The notes under the pieces: model-generated | What the model was told of the DNA's origin: nothing | The model's database searches: none | What the model saw: only the letters and a program-made list of their open reading frames with translations | Translations under genes and position numbers: made by a program | Shown here: positions 31,441 to 32,000 of the stretch, one piece after another | How the letters are laid out: the number at the start of each line of letters is the position of its first letter | Position numbering within the stretch: the stretch's first letter is position 1 | Source of the DNA: Candidatus Saccharimonadota bacterium | GTDB taxonomy: Archaea > Nanobdellota > Nanobdellia > Pacearchaeales > GW2011-AR1 | Direction of reading: 5' to 3' | Assembly: GCA_041659445.1 (NCBI GenBank) | Contig: JBAZYG010000001.1 | Span: forward strand, 450,001-482,000 | DNA: 32,000 nucleotides

Positions 31441-31675
31441 CTAGAATCTCTAAAACTTTTCCAGCAATTTCTTGTGACTCAATTATTCCTTTTGCAAATA
31501 AAAATGCTCCTGCACATCCTGTAATTGTATTATATAATGGAATTGCTACACTAAAAAATTTATTTTTTGATTCAGAATAATTTGGATCTTCTTTAAATGG
31601 AAGATTAATTACAGAAGGAGTTATATTAAAAATTGGAACAAGATATATCCCATGAAATTTATAATTTTTTTCCAT
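31433..31675 (-). CDS. Hypothetical small protein (80 aa), tandem paralog of 31685-31948
   Basis: Shares Y(L/F)(V/I)P(I/F), KE(D/N)P, YN, a Gly-containing hydrophobic segment and the C-terminus LE.L(V/I)K with its neighbour. Confidence 0.5.
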   Translation of the reverse strand: MEKNYKFHGIYLVPIFNITPSVINLPFKEDPNYSESKNKFFSVAIPLYNTITGCAGAFLFAKGIIESQEIAGKVLEILVK

Positions 31676-31684
31676 TTTTTATTT

Positions 31685-31948
31685 TTATTTAATTAAATTT
31701 TCTAAATTTCCATGAGTTAATTCATTAATACCCAAAATTATTCCTGTTCCAGTAAATGCAAATAATTCTAAATTATAAAAACCTAAAACAACCTTATTTC
31801 TCATATCTTTTAATTCATCTTTCCAATTAAAACCATCAAATAATTTTAATGTAGGACTAGGATTTTCTTTAAGATATTTATGTAAACCAACAAAAGGAAT
31901 AAAATATTTTCTTTTTAGATTATAATCTAGTTTTAATTCTTCTCCCAT
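31685..31948 (-). CDS. Hypothetical small protein (87 aa), tandem paralog of 31433-31675
   Basis: See the previous entry. Same strand, with a 9-nt gap. Confidence 0.5.
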   Translation of the reverse strand: MGEELKLDYNLKRKYFIPFVGLHKYLKENPSPTLKLFDGFNWKDELKDMRNKVVLGFYNLELFAFTGTGIILGINELTHGNLENLIK

Positions 31949-32000
31949 AATTAAATGACAAATAGATTATTTTTAAAGATTTATATTCTGAATTATTCCT

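Noticed and set aside
1-32000. CRISPR arrays, tRNA or rRNA genes, transposases, integrases, IS ends, and recognisable defence or toxin-antitoxin systems.
   Set aside because: I found no regularly spaced repeats, no GC-rich structured segments of tRNA or rRNA type in any intergenic gap, and no ORF with transposase, integrase, Cas, restriction or abortive-infection motifs. The only repeats are the short junction and duplication repeats reported above.
1-32000. Alternative genetic code (stop-codon reassignment), as seen in some small-genome lineages.
   Set aside because: TAA, TGA (psmA, eno, the OFOR alpha subunit, the TrmB-like gene and the HTH gene) and TAG (the uORF) all terminate ORFs at positions consistent with homolog lengths. 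Homologous proteins show no in-frame stops.

Overview
This is a very AT-rich, tightly packed archaeal chromosome segment. I call about 45 protein genes and see no rRNA, tRNA, CRISPR array or transposase. Intergenic gaps are short, many genes join by a 1-nt spacer or an ATGA overlap, and TATA-like 8-mers sit about 27-33 nt upstream of first-gene ATGs, which suggests leaderless mRNAs. The content is mostly informational housekeeping. In order: a TrmB-like regulator operon, a presenilin-type membrane protease, an aCPSF1(FttA)-proteasome beta pair, Mre11-Rad50, a two-gene 2-oxoacid:ferredoxin oxidoreductase, an Mtq2/HemK-type methyltransferase, aRNase J and RNase P Pop5. A 4.2-kb secreted surface-protein gene with a tiny HTH gene follows. 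Then comes the archaeal exosome superoperon (psmA, SBDS, rrp4, rrp41, rrp42), which runs directly into rpoK, then eno and rps2. Small protein sizes, absent partner genes and many unrecognisable small ORFs suggest a reduced-genome (DPANN-like) archaeon; this is inference only. The main hunt result is that the exosome superoperon is interleaved with three unrecognisable ~90-aa paralogs, one immediately upstream of each of SBDS, rrp41 and rrp42. Each is joined by the same TAA-A-ATG-AC junction and bracketed by direct repeats. An un-tracked 54-codon ORF also appears to have been split off the psmA 3' end by a 14-nt tandem duplication. Secondary observations are: an adhesin cassette separating pop5 from psmA; RpoK with a long acidic C-terminal tail; a 2-TM mini-ORF embedded between the OFOR subunit genes; a duplicated mre11 5' end forming a uORF; a pair of CHCC zinc-motif paralogs between eno and rps2; and a divergent enolase. 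All functional calls come from motif recognition by eye, and no database search was run.
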